Below, piece after piece: positions 63,988 to 64,000 of a stretch of DNA of 64,000 nt. The notes under the pieces are model-generated. The model searched no databases. It worked only from the letters and a program-made list of their open reading frames with translations, and was not told the DNA's origin. The position numbers and the translations under genes were made by a program. The stretch is taken from NCBI GenBank assembly GCA_963668645.2, contig CAXXWC010000003.1, forward strand, positions 128,001 through 192,000, given 5' to 3'. Positions within the stretch are counted from its first letter, which is position 1. Every line of letters begins with the position of its first letter. Source of the DNA: Desulfobacterales bacterium (GTDB lineage: Bacteria; Desulfobacterota; Desulfobacteria; Desulfobacterales; UBA2174).

Positions 63988-64000
63988 TTCAGGGGCCTTG

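Overview
High-GC bacterial chromosomal window. The gene content (many sigma-54 activators, hybrid kinases, a DVU0150-type cluster, a eukaryote-like HisF C-terminus) suggests Desulfobacterota; this is inference. From left to right: the 3' end of hisF, three small conserved genes, an NdvB-like GH17-GT2 glucan synthase, and an RhlE-like DEAD helicase behind a leader terminator. Next is a candidate organosulfonate module (TAXI-TRAP transporter, PAS sigma-54 activator, sigma-54-driven xsc, then a CoxD-like AAA+ ATPase and a VWA protein). After it come a hybrid kinase, a DVU0145-0152-like cluster (PEP-synthase-like protein, membrane-anchored sigma-54 activator, DVU0150, TauE-family exporter, response regulator), a cNMP-CBS-DUF294 protein, a tripartite RND pump, a Bcr/CflA MFS, a second hybrid kinase and an acyl-CoA ligase. 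The right third is a minus-strand type I-E CRISPR-Cas locus with a 137-repeat array. Most notable: (1) the trailer end of the I-E array runs through a chimeric I-C/I-E repeat into relic type I-C repeats; (2) xsc is followed by an AAA+/VWA pair rather than pta; (3) a frameshifted Bro-N gene sits between cas6e and cas1, and a degenerate DEDDh nuclease overlaps the cas3 ORF start; (4) a GTCCG-N6-CGGAC palindrome occurs three times around the xsc activator. All family calls come from motif recognition, not database searches.
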